Shown here one piece after another: positions 9,221-16,702 of a stretch of DNA of 54,855 nucleotides (the first letter of the stretch is position 1; each line of letters begins with the position of its first letter). Where the stretch lies: assembly GCA_944358355.1 (NCBI GenBank), contig CALVQY010000002.1, positions 1-54,855 of the forward strand, written 5' to 3'. A program made the position numbers and the translations under genes. The notes beneath the pieces were generated by a model. The model was not told the DNA's origin and did no database searches. It worked only from the letters and a program-made list of their open reading frames with translations. The stretch is from an uncultured Bacilli bacterium. Its GTDB lineage: Bacteria; Bacillota_I; Bacilli_A; RF39; UBA660.

Positions 9221-11008
9221 ATGAACCAAGATTTAAAGATAATAAAGAAAAAATATGGCGAAGAAATGATGCACCTTTGTCGTGAATTATTTCCAACTTT
9301 ACTAGAACAAGAAGGACTATTGCCAAAACTATTACTTGATAACTTTAAAGAAAGTAGATCACTAGCAAAAGATATTATAGATAATAGCTTAGAAGAAGAA
9401 TTTAAAAATTATATATATAATCAAGTAGATGTTGAAAATAACTATGAAGTAGTTGTATCTAAAAGACCAGAACAATTATTAAAAGAAGCAGGATATAATC
9501 TATATGAGTGTCATAGTGAAGAAGAAGTCCAAGCGTTTAAGAAATATTATGCTCCTAGTGAAGAGCTATGTACTTTTTGGGGCGGAAGATTAAACAAGTG
9601 TTATGTGTTTTTTGCCGTAAAAGAAAATGTAAATGAAATAAAAAGAGAAAACTTTCCTAAACCCCAAAGACAAGATGAATATGGAACATCAGTAATTAGT
9701 ATTCAGTTTACTAAAGATAACTCTCACACTTTATCTATTAAAAATAGATATAATCATACAGTTAATAACCCAGATTCAACCTTTGGAAATAATTTAGATA
9801 ATATTATACCAGGCCTTACTAGTAGTTTTGATAAGTACTATGGATTGCATCAATCTCATTCACAAGGGATATTTGAAATTCCAGGATATGTTAGAGCGAA
9901 TGATGGTAAATATTATAAATATAATTATGAAATAAATAATATATACTACTGTGAAAACAATGTCATAATAGATAATTTTGAAGTACATGAATACCCTCAT
10001 GAGCAATATATAATTTTAGACTATTTTGTTTTAGATTTAAAAAACAAACAAATTACATTATATGATACCGAAAAAAAGGATTCTTTTGTTGAAAGCTTTG
10101 GCACAATAAAAAATATAAACATTGTAAATAAAAACGAGGGAAAAGTTTTAACTATCAGTACAGAATCTAATTTAGAAGAAATTATAATAACATTAGATAA
10201 ACAAAATAGAATAGTTAGTTACAATAATAAAACAATCACAAATATAGGCAGTAGTTTTCTTTCTGGCAATACTTCATTAACAAGTATAGAATTACCTAAT
10301 GCTATAAATATAGGCGGTTGGTTTCTTTCTCATAATACTTCATTAACAAGTATAGAATTACCTAATGCTATAAATATAGGCGATAGTTTTCTTTTTCGCA
10401 ATACTTTATTAACAAGTATAGAATTACCCAATGCTATAAATATAGGTGATTGGTTTCTTCATAGTAATACTTCATTAACCAGTATAGAATTACCAAATGT
10501 TACAAGTATAGGTGAAGAGTTTCTTCGTTATAATACTTCATTAACAAGTATAGAATTACCAAATGTTACAAGTATAGGTGGAGAGTTTCTTCGTTATAAT
10601 ACTTCATTAACAAATGTCGAATTACCTAATGTTACAAATATAGATGAAGATTTTCTTCGTTATAATACTTCATTAACAAGTATAGAATTACCCAATGCTA
10701 TAAATATAGGTGATTGGTTCCTTGCTAATAATACTTCGTTAACAAGTATAGAGTTACCGAATGCTACAAATATAGGTTATAATTTTCTTTCTAATAATAC
10801 TTCATTAACAAGTATAGATTTACCGAATGCTACAAATATAGGTTATAATTTTCTTTCTAATAATACTTCATTAACAAGTATAGATTTACCGAATGCTGTT
10901 AAAATAGGCCAATACTTCTGTCAGAATGCCCATAATATACAAACAGTTAATATACCGTTAGTACCAGAGTTAGAAGAAAAATTAAAATCAAGTGGTAAAC
11001 ATCTATAA
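9221..11008 (+). CDS. Leucine-rich-repeat protein (BspA/LRR_5-type repeats) with unknown ~340-aa N-terminal domain; no signal peptide
   Basis: ATG 9221 lies 5 nt after AAAGGAG; the track start 9215 is a GTG inside the RBS. Ten consecutive 22-aa units NTSLTSIELPNAINIGDWFL.. occupy the C-terminal 40 percent. The N-terminus MNQDLKIIKKKYGEEMMHLCRELF is hydrophilic. Confidence 0.7.
   Translation: MNQDLKIIKKKYGEEMMHLCRELFPTLLEQEGLLPKLLLDNFKESRSLAKDIIDNSLEEEFKNYIYNQVDVENNYEVVVSKRPEQLLKEAGYNLYECHSEEEVQAFKKYYAPSEELCTFWGGRLNKCYVFFAVKENVNEIKRENFPKPQRQDEYGTSVISIQFTKDNSHTLSIKNRYNHTVNNPDSTFGNNLDNIIPGLTSSFDKYYGLHQSHSQGIFEIPGYVRANDGKYYKYNYEINNIYYCENNVIIDNFEVHEYPHEQYIILDYFVLDLKNKQITLYDTEKKDSFVESFGTIKNINIVNKNEGKVLTISTESNLEEIIITLDKQNRIVSYNNKTITNIGSSFLSGNTSLTSIELPNAINIGGWFLSHNTSLTSIELPNAINIGDSFLFRNTLLTSIELPNAINIGDWFLHSNTSLTSIELPNVTSIGEEFLRYNTSLTSIELPNVTSIGGEFLRYNTSLTNVELPNVTNIDEDFLRYNTSLTSIELPNAINIGDWFLANNTSLTSIELPNATNIGYNFLSNNTSLTSIDLPNATNIGYNFLSNNTSLTSIDLPNAVKIGQYFCQNAHNIQTVNIPLVPELEEKLKSSGKHL
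10268..10927 (+). repeat. Ten tandem 66-bp coding repeats (22-aa LRR modules)
   Basis: The motif aatacttcattaacaagtatagaattacc recurs with a 66-bp period (e.g. starts at 10268 and 10334). Units 8 and 9 differ by only a few bases. Confidence 0.9.
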
Positions 11009-11033
11009 AATACTACGAAGGAGAGAATTTATT

Positions 11034-11324
11034 ATGATTAAATTAATAATAGAAAATATAAATGGATATAATTATACATTAAAAGATAATGATAACAATA
11101 GATATAAAATTAATATAGAGTTTTATGATATTGACGAATTACCTAAAGTAGGAGATATAATATATGTAAATAATAAGTTATTAAATAAAATTAATAATAA
11201 TGTTGTTAGTTTTGGCAAGTTAGATGGTATTTATGGTAGAAAGATAACAGATGAAAACGATGAAGATATAATATGGTTATCAATTAATGACAAAGTTATT
11301 TACTTAAAAAGATATTATGGGTAA
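11034..11324 (+). CDS. Small hypothetical protein (96 aa)
   Basis: ATG 11034 (MIKLIIENING) follows AGGAGAG. The track start 10992 overlaps the end of the LRR gene and lacks an RBS. Confidence 0.45.
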   Translation: MIKLIIENINGYNYTLKDNDNNRYKINIEFYDIDELPKVGDIIYVNNKLLNKINNNVVSFGKLDGIYGRKITDENDEDIIWLSINDKVIYLKRYYG

Positions 11325-11338
11325 TAAAGGAGAAACTT

Positions 11339-12085
11339 ATGAAAAAGAAAAAAGGTATCAAAAAGATTATTATTGGTATTATTATAGTATTTGTAATAAT
11401 TATAGGATTAATAACTTTTATGGCAGTAAAAGAATTACAGGAAGAAGATATTTTAAAGCAAGAGATAATTAATTATAGTAATAAAGACCTAATAACTGAT
11501 GATTTTAAAATAGAAGTTAAAACAACAGGAGATAGAGCATACATAGAAGAAGCAGTTAAAAAGTATTATAAGAGTCTATCAGATAGTGTTAAAGCAATAA
11601 ATAGTTATTTAAATGATGAAGAATTAACTAATATATTAACTGTTAATAGTCTAAGAAATGATAGTCCAAATTATACAAAGAGTCATAATCTTATAAGTAA
11701 TACTAAAAGTAAAGTAGGAAAAGAATTAGAAAATATTAAAAGTCTTTGTGAAGAAGATACTATTAAAAACTTAATAGATAAAGATAAACTTAGTGATAGT
11801 GAATATTATTATGATTTTTATCTAGATCTTATGTACACTAAAAAAGATTTAGAAACACTTAATAGTACTAAAGAAGAAATGGAAACTCTATCTAATAATT
11901 TAAATGAATTCTTAGATAAAGTAGATGAAATATTAACTTTTTTAGAAACTAATGCTAATTATATAGAATATACAGATACAAATATAAACTTTACAAATGA
12001 TGCCCTATTGAACGAATATAATAATTTACTTGATGAATTAACATCCAAAGCTAATAATATGACTCAAGAAGAAAGTGATATTTAA
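11339..12085 (+). CDS. Hypothetical N-terminally anchored coiled-coil protein
   Basis: RBS AAGGAGA. TM helix IIIGIIIVFVIIIGLITFMAV, then a K/E/N-rich helical region. Confidence 0.5.
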   Translation: MKKKKGIKKIIIGIIIVFVIIIGLITFMAVKELQEEDILKQEIINYSNKDLITDDFKIEVKTTGDRAYIEEAVKKYYKSLSDSVKAINSYLNDEELTNILTVNSLRNDSPNYTKSHNLISNTKSKVGKELENIKSLCEEDTIKNLIDKDKLSDSEYYYDFYLDLMYTKKDLETLNSTKEEMETLSNNLNEFLDKVDEILTFLETNANYIEYTDTNINFTNDALLNEYNNLLDELTSKANNMTQEESDI

Positions 12086-12148
12086 TCATTTTCTTTTTAC
12101 TTTTTCATATATATCAGTTATAATATTTAAAGAAAAGAGAGTGATAAC

Positions 12149-13456
12149 ATGTTTGAAAGCTTAGGAGATAGATTACAAAATGCTCTACATAAGATAAAAG
12201 GTTATGGAAAAATAACTGAAGATAATATTGGCGATATGATGAAAGAAATACGTCTAGCCTTACTAGAAGCTGATGTTAATTATAAAGTAGTTAAAGAGTT
12301 TGTTAATAATGTTAAAGAGAAAGCTTTAGGTGAAGAAGTTAGAACTAGTATTAAACCTGGAGATTTATTTGTTAAGATTGTTAAAGATGAATTAACTGAA
12401 CTATTAGGTGGAGACTCTGCACCTCTAAATCTTAATGGTAACCCTGCTATATTAATGTTAGTAGGACTTCAAGGTAGTGGTAAAACAACTACTATTGGTA
12501 AACTTGCTAATTATCTTCGTAAGAAAAAAGGTAAGAAACCTCTAATGGTCGCTTGTGATGTATATCGTCCTGCTGCCATTGATCAGTTAAAACAATTAGG
12601 TAAAGAACTTAATATTGAAGTATATAGTGAAGGTAAAGGTAACCCTGTTGAAATTAGTAAAAATGCTATTAATTATGCTAAAGAAAATGGTTATGATTAT
12701 GTCTTAATCGATACAGCAGGACGCCTACAAATCGATGAAAACTTAATGGAAGAGTTAGAAAATATAACAAAAGAAGTCTCTCCACAGGAAACATTACTTG
12801 TAATAGATGCAATGATAGGACAAGATGCAATTAATGTTATAATAGGTTTTAATGAAAGACTTAAACTAACAGGAGTAATACTTACTAAATTAGATGGTGA
12901 TACTAAAGGTGGTGTCGCTCTATCTGTAAGACATTTAACTAATGTACCTATAAAGTTTATTGGAACAAGTGAAAAACTAGATGGACTAGACTCCTTTGAC
13001 CCAGAACGTATGGCTGGACGTATTCTTGGTATGGGAGATATTGTCTCTTTAGTTGAACAAGCAGAAGCTGTGCTTGATGAAAAAGAAGCTGAAAAGACTG
13101 CTAAAAGAATGCAACAAGGTAAGTTTGACCTAGAAGACTTTTTATCAACACTAAAACAAATAAAAAAACTAGGACCCCTTGAAAACATTTTAAAATTAAT
13201 ACCTGGTGCTAAGAAAATGGGCCTTACAAATATAAATATACCACCTAAACAAATGGCACATATTGAGGCAATAATACTATCTATGACTAAAGAAGAAAGA
13301 AGAAATCCATCAATCATTAAAGCATCACGTAAAACAAGAATTGCTAAAGGTTGTGGCTTATCAGTATCAGAAGTAAATAAACTTTTAACCCAGTTTGAAA
13401 ATATGAAAAAAATGATGAAACAAATGAAAAATGGAAACTTTAAAATGCCATTTTAG
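12149..13456 (+). CDS. ffh: Signal recognition particle protein Ffh
   Basis: GLQGSGKTTT, DTAGR, TKLDGDTKGG motifs, plus a Met-rich M domain (MKKMMKQMKNG). Confidence 0.97.
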   Translation: MFESLGDRLQNALHKIKGYGKITEDNIGDMMKEIRLALLEADVNYKVVKEFVNNVKEKALGEEVRTSIKPGDLFVKIVKDELTELLGGDSAPLNLNGNPAILMLVGLQGSGKTTTIGKLANYLRKKKGKKPLMVACDVYRPAAIDQLKQLGKELNIEVYSEGKGNPVEISKNAINYAKENGYDYVLIDTAGRLQIDENLMEELENITKEVSPQETLLVIDAMIGQDAINVIIGFNERLKLTGVILTKLDGDTKGGVALSVRHLTNVPIKFIGTSEKLDGLDSFDPERMAGRILGMGDIVSLVEQAEAVLDEKEAEKTAKRMQQGKFDLEDFLSTLKQIKKLGPLENILKLIPGAKKMGLTNINIPPKQMAHIEAIILSMTKEERRNPSIIKASRKTRIAKGCGLSVSEVNKLLTQFENMKKMMKQMKNGNFKMPF

Positions 13457-13516
13457 GCAAATAATTTATACACAAATCCCTAACTAGAATATCTTAATAC
13501 TAGAGGAGGAAAGTGT

Positions 13517-13855
13517 ATGTTATTTAATAATCAAGCTATTGATATGTCATCAACTATCGATGGTAACAATAATGTTGTTGACCAAGATATGAACATTGAT
13601 ATTAATATGAACAATAATAGTATGGGTATGGGACAAAATATGGAAATGATGGATAGCGAATCTCCAATCATTGAACCAGTACAAGAACGAGAGATAAATA
13701 GAACCTTCGTTCATCAAGTACCTCATGTATGTCCAATCCATACAAGAATAATTAATCATCACATTTTCAAACATACTTATTGTCCTAGATATACTTGTTG
13801 TGAAGAAAATGTTTGTTGCAATATTGACCAAGGTTCATGTTGTAATTTCCGTTAA
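13517..13855 (+). CDS. CotD-like His/Cys-rich small protein (putative spore-coat family) with N/M-rich N-terminus
   Basis: VHQVPHVCPIHTRIINHHIFKHTYCPRYT parallels the HP.HT..VNH.HF.H.HYFPHT core of B. subtilis CotD as I recall it. C-terminal CC pairs (TCCEENVCCNIDQGSCCNFR). RBS GAGGAGGA. Confidence 0.5.
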   Translation: MLFNNQAIDMSSTIDGNNNVVDQDMNIDINMNNNSMGMGQNMEMMDSESPIIEPVQEREINRTFVHQVPHVCPIHTRIINHHIFKHTYCPRYTCCEENVCCNIDQGSCCNFR

Positions 13856-13880
13856 GCCAAGATATGTATCTTGGCTTTTA
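13856..13880 (+). terminator. Rho-independent terminator
   Basis: gccaaga (13856-13862), loop tatgta, tcttggc (13869-13875), then tttta. Confidence 0.7.
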
Positions 13881-13893
13881 TCTGACTAAAGCT

Positions 13894-13933
13894 AAAATTA
13901 TCAATTGATAATTTTAATGGTTCGTGTTATTAT
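13894..13933 (+). promoter_or_regulatory. Promoter of the TA operon with a perfect 22-bp palindromic operator
   Basis: AAAATTATCAATTGATAATTTT (13894-13915) is its own reverse complement. It overlaps TTGATA (13905-13910); a 17-nt spacer leads to TATTAT (13928-13933). Confidence 0.6.
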
Positions 13934-13951
13934 ATTTACAGGTGATGCATA

Positions 13952-14272
13952 TTGGATGTTACAGAAATTATAAATTTACTTCATAAGTCAGTCTCTAAAA
14001 AAGATTATGATTTTGTTCCTACTACTAAAAATAGAAACTCCAGAAGAAAATATGGGCTAACTTTATATGATATAGAAGACTTTCTAAAAACTATTACTGA
14101 AGAAGATCTAGTGAGTGGACCAGTGATAGATAGAGATATACCTAATGAAAAAGTATATATTTTTATGAAAGAAATTATTACAGGAGTAACTTTCTATGTT
14201 AAAATAAAAAAAGATAGTAAAGTTACTTATGATAGGATAAAAATATTATCTTGTCATGAAGCTGAGTATTAA
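13952..14272 (+). CDS. MqsR-family-like type II toxin (putative mRNA interferase)
   Basis: TTG start 6 nt after AGGTGA. DFVPTTKNRNSRRKYGLTLYDIEDFL...GPVIDRD.PNEKVYIFMKEIITGVTFYVKIKK...IKILSCHE follows the MqsR pattern (compare E. coli ..VTGQVYLKITV...LIVSFKEK). Sits directly upstream of an MqsA/Panacea-type antitoxin. Confidence 0.65.
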   Translation: MDVTEIINLLHKSVSKKDYDFVPTTKNRNSRRKYGLTLYDIEDFLKTITEEDLVSGPVIDRDIPNEKVYIFMKEIITGVTFYVKIKKDSKVTYDRIKILSCHEAEY

Positions 14273-14288
14273 TTAGGAGGCGATTATT

Positions 14289-15236
14289 GTGAAAAAAAAT
14301 AATTTAAGAGTTAGAAAAGTAAAAGTACAAGTTAAAGACAAAACTATTTCCTATGATGAATATTATTTAGTAAATGAACTTGGTGAAGAAATATTTAATA
14401 GACAGATAGAAATAGAAAATGATAATAGGTTATATAATATTTATAAAAAGCAAAAAAACTTATTAACAAGTACTGAAATAAAAGAAATAAGAAAAAAATA
14501 TGGCTTAACTCAAAAAGAATATGCTTCTATTATAGGAGTAGGTGAAATAACTGTTCATCGCTTTGAAAAAGGAGCGATTCAAACAGAAGCAGTTGATTCT
14601 ATAATGAGATTATCAAATAATCCTAATAATATGTATCTGCTACTTTTGAAAAACAAAAATAATATAACAAACGCATTATATGAATCAACTTTAAATAAAG
14701 TACAAGAACTGATGACATTAAAACGTCATAAACTTATAGATATAAATACTTTTGATACAGACTTACTATCATTTAAAGAAGAAAATGCAATTGATGTAGC
14801 TAAAAATATTATAAAAATGTATAACGAAAAAGTTGATAGATTGGTAAAAGAATATAATATTGTTCCTGAATATATAACTAATTTAAAATTACAAAAATTA
14901 TTATATTATGTCCAAGCTATTAGTTTACAAGTCTTTAAAAAAATAGCTTTTAAAGAAAAAATAATTGCATGGTCATATGGTCCAGTTGTGAATGAAATAT
15001 ATCAAAAATATAAAGAAAATCATAGTAATGAAATTAAAACTGATGAAAAAGTTAAAAAGTTATCAAGTGGTTTAGAAAAGGTAATTAACGAAGTTATCGA
15101 TAGTTATGGAAGTATGGAAGCTAATAAATTAATTGATTTTACCCATGAGGAAGAACCATGGAAAAATACAGAAATAAATAAAGAAATTAAAACAGATATA
15201 ATAAAAGAATACTTTAATAAAGTTTATGAAGTTTAA
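14289..15236 (+). CDS. Antitoxin: MqsA-like XRE HTH domain fused to Panacea (SocA/DUF4065) domain
   Basis: GTG start 8 nt after AGGAGG. HTH IRKKYGLTQKEYASIIGVGEITVHRFEKG. C-terminal LKLQKLLYYVQAISLQVFKKIAFKEKIIAWSYGPVVNEIYQKYK is the DUF4065/Panacea signature. Confidence 0.8.
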   Translation: MKKNNLRVRKVKVQVKDKTISYDEYYLVNELGEEIFNRQIEIENDNRLYNIYKKQKNLLTSTEIKEIRKKYGLTQKEYASIIGVGEITVHRFEKGAIQTEAVDSIMRLSNNPNNMYLLLLKNKNNITNALYESTLNKVQELMTLKRHKLIDINTFDTDLLSFKEENAIDVAKNIIKMYNEKVDRLVKEYNIVPEYITNLKLQKLLYYVQAISLQVFKKIAFKEKIIAWSYGPVVNEIYQKYKENHSNEIKTDEKVKKLSSGLEKVINEVIDSYGSMEANKLIDFTHEEEPWKNTEINKEIKTDIIKEYFNKVYEV

Positions 15237-15344
15237 ATATTAATAATATATTCTTATTTACATGTTTAAAAATGTCTAATTATGTCATATCACTTGTAAA
15301 ATATTCTTTATAATTATAAGATAATAATAAGGAGTGTGATACAA

Positions 15345-15551
15345 GTGAATTATCCATCTATTGATAAATTACTTAATATTGTAAGTTCTAAATATGAATT
15401 AGTCCATATCGCTGCAAGGCGTAGTAAAGAAATGACTAAAGATGAACATTATCAACTAGCCCTTAATCAGTATAAATGTGAAAAGAATATAGGCAGAGCC
15501 TTAGAAGAAATATTAGAGGGAAAATTAAAAGTAGTTGAAAAAGAAAAATAA
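15345..15551 (+). CDS. rpoZ: DNA-directed RNA polymerase subunit omega
   Basis: NYPSIDKLLNIVSSKYELVHIAARRSKEM is the RpoZ signature. GTG 15345 is 10 nt after AAGGAG, whereas the track start 15336 abuts the RBS. Confidence 0.85.
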   Translation: MNYPSIDKLLNIVSSKYELVHIAARRSKEMTKDEHYQLALNQYKCEKNIGRALEEILEGKLKVVEKEK

Positions 15552-15558
15552 TATATTT

Positions 15559-15590
15559 AAACACATATCAAAATGATGTGTGTTTTGTTG
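15559..15590 (+). terminator. Rho-independent terminator after rpoZ
   Basis: acacat (15561-15566) pairs with atgtgt (15576-15581), followed by gtttt. Confidence 0.6.
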
Positions 15591-15627
15591 TTTAATGTGA
15601 TAGAATAATTTTAAAGGGGGATTTTGA

Positions 15628-16692
15628 ATGCTAAAAGATTTATGCTTTGAAATAATAGAAACCTGTCCTAATAATTGTTTGTTTTGTTCTTCTTGTTCAT
15701 CTATTAATAAAACAAGAATGATAGATTATAATAAGTTTAAAGAAGTAATTGATTATTTTATTAGTATAGGCGGAATAAAAGAAATATCTATATCTGGAGG
15801 AGAACCTCTATTACATCCTGAACTTTTAAGAATGATTAGATATTGTAAATTAAATAATATTAAAGTAGTCTTATTTACAAGTGGTATAAAATTAAGAACT
15901 AAAATGACAGAAGAAGATAAAGAGCAATTAGAGTTTAATTTAAGGAAACAGTATAAATCTTATCTATCTGAAGGTATGTCTCAAAAAGAGTTTGACACAC
16001 TTATTGAAAAACAAATGGAGGTTTACTTAAGATATAATGAAAAAAAATTTGATTCTCTATCATCATATGACTGTAAACTATTAAAAGAAAGTGGACTTGA
16101 TAAAATTGTTTTTGACTTTCAAGCTTGGAATAAAGATGTATATGATAAAATTATGGGAACTAAAGATTTATTTGACTTAGTAACATTATCAATGATAAAA
16201 GCTAAAAGTTCAGGATTAAAAACAGATGCTCACTTTATTCCTACAAAAATTAATTATAAAGAGCTCGTTGATATTATTGAGATGCTTAATGTTGCAGAAT
16301 TTGATGAGTTAAGCATTCTTAATTTTGTTCCCCAAGGAAGAGGTAAAACTAATAAAGATTTACTATCTTTAACAGAAGAAGAATTTGGAGAGTTTCTTGA
16401 AATCTATGAAAAACGTAAAAATGAATTTAAAGGAAAATTAAGAGTAGGAATTCACTTACAAGAAGAAGATGACCATAAATGTACAGCTGGGCTTTCTAAA
16501 CTAGTTATTAAATATGATGGAACAGTTTTGCCATGTGCAGCCTTTAAAGAATATGATTTAGAAATTCTTAATAGTATGGGAATAAAAACTCCAAATATTT
16601 ATGATAACTTAGAAGAAGTAGAAATACATAATGGAACTAGAAAAAAGCCTTTATGTAAACAGTTATATCATTTTAATAAAGTAATTAAATAA
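15628..16692 (+). CDS. Radical SAM enzyme with C-terminal SPASM/twitch-like Cys motif; substrate unknown
   Basis: CPNNCLFC (CxxxCxxC) near the N-terminus, GGEPLL SAM-binding motif, and C-terminal HKCTAGLSKLVIKYDGTVLPCAAF. RBS AAAGGGGGA. Confidence 0.75.
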   Translation: MLKDLCFEIIETCPNNCLFCSSCSSINKTRMIDYNKFKEVIDYFISIGGIKEISISGGEPLLHPELLRMIRYCKLNNIKVVLFTSGIKLRTKMTEEDKEQLEFNLRKQYKSYLSEGMSQKEFDTLIEKQMEVYLRYNEKKFDSLSSYDCKLLKESGLDKIVFDFQAWNKDVYDKIMGTKDLFDLVTLSMIKAKSSGLKTDAHFIPTKINYKELVDIIEMLNVAEFDELSILNFVPQGRGKTNKDLLSLTEEEFGEFLEIYEKRKNEFKGKLRVGIHLQEEDDHKCTAGLSKLVIKYDGTVLPCAAFKEYDLEILNSMGIKTPNIYDNLEEVEIHNGTRKKPLCKQLYHFNKVIK

Positions 16693-16702
16693 GGAGATAT
16701 AT

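Noticed and set aside
10268-10927. Regular 66-bp repeats, and the 23-bp repeats at 40681-40749, considered as possible CRISPR arrays.
   Set aside because: The 66-bp units are contiguous with no unique spacers, in frame, and encode LRR modules. The 23-bp units are only three contiguous copies without spacers. No cas genes are present.
12697-13317. 206-aa antisense ORF inside ffh, and similar antisense ORFs at 1460-1732, 13550-13831, 23583-23891, 27321-27518, 29173-29364, 30350-30562, 33507-33704, 35410-35670, 46861-47169, 51209-51508 and 53075-53266.
   Set aside because: Each lies wholly inside a well-supported gene on the opposite strand. They have S/L/F/I-rich shadow-frame composition, no RBS and no recognisable motif. 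They are typical mirror ORFs of GAA/AAG-rich coding sequence.
13517-16692. RiPP cluster hypothesis: the Cys-rich 112-aa peptide as substrate of the radical SAM/SPASM enzyme.
   Set aside because: The two genes are separated by a terminator, a TA operon with its own promoter, rpoZ and another terminator. The peptide is better explained as CotD-like. No transporter or protease is present.
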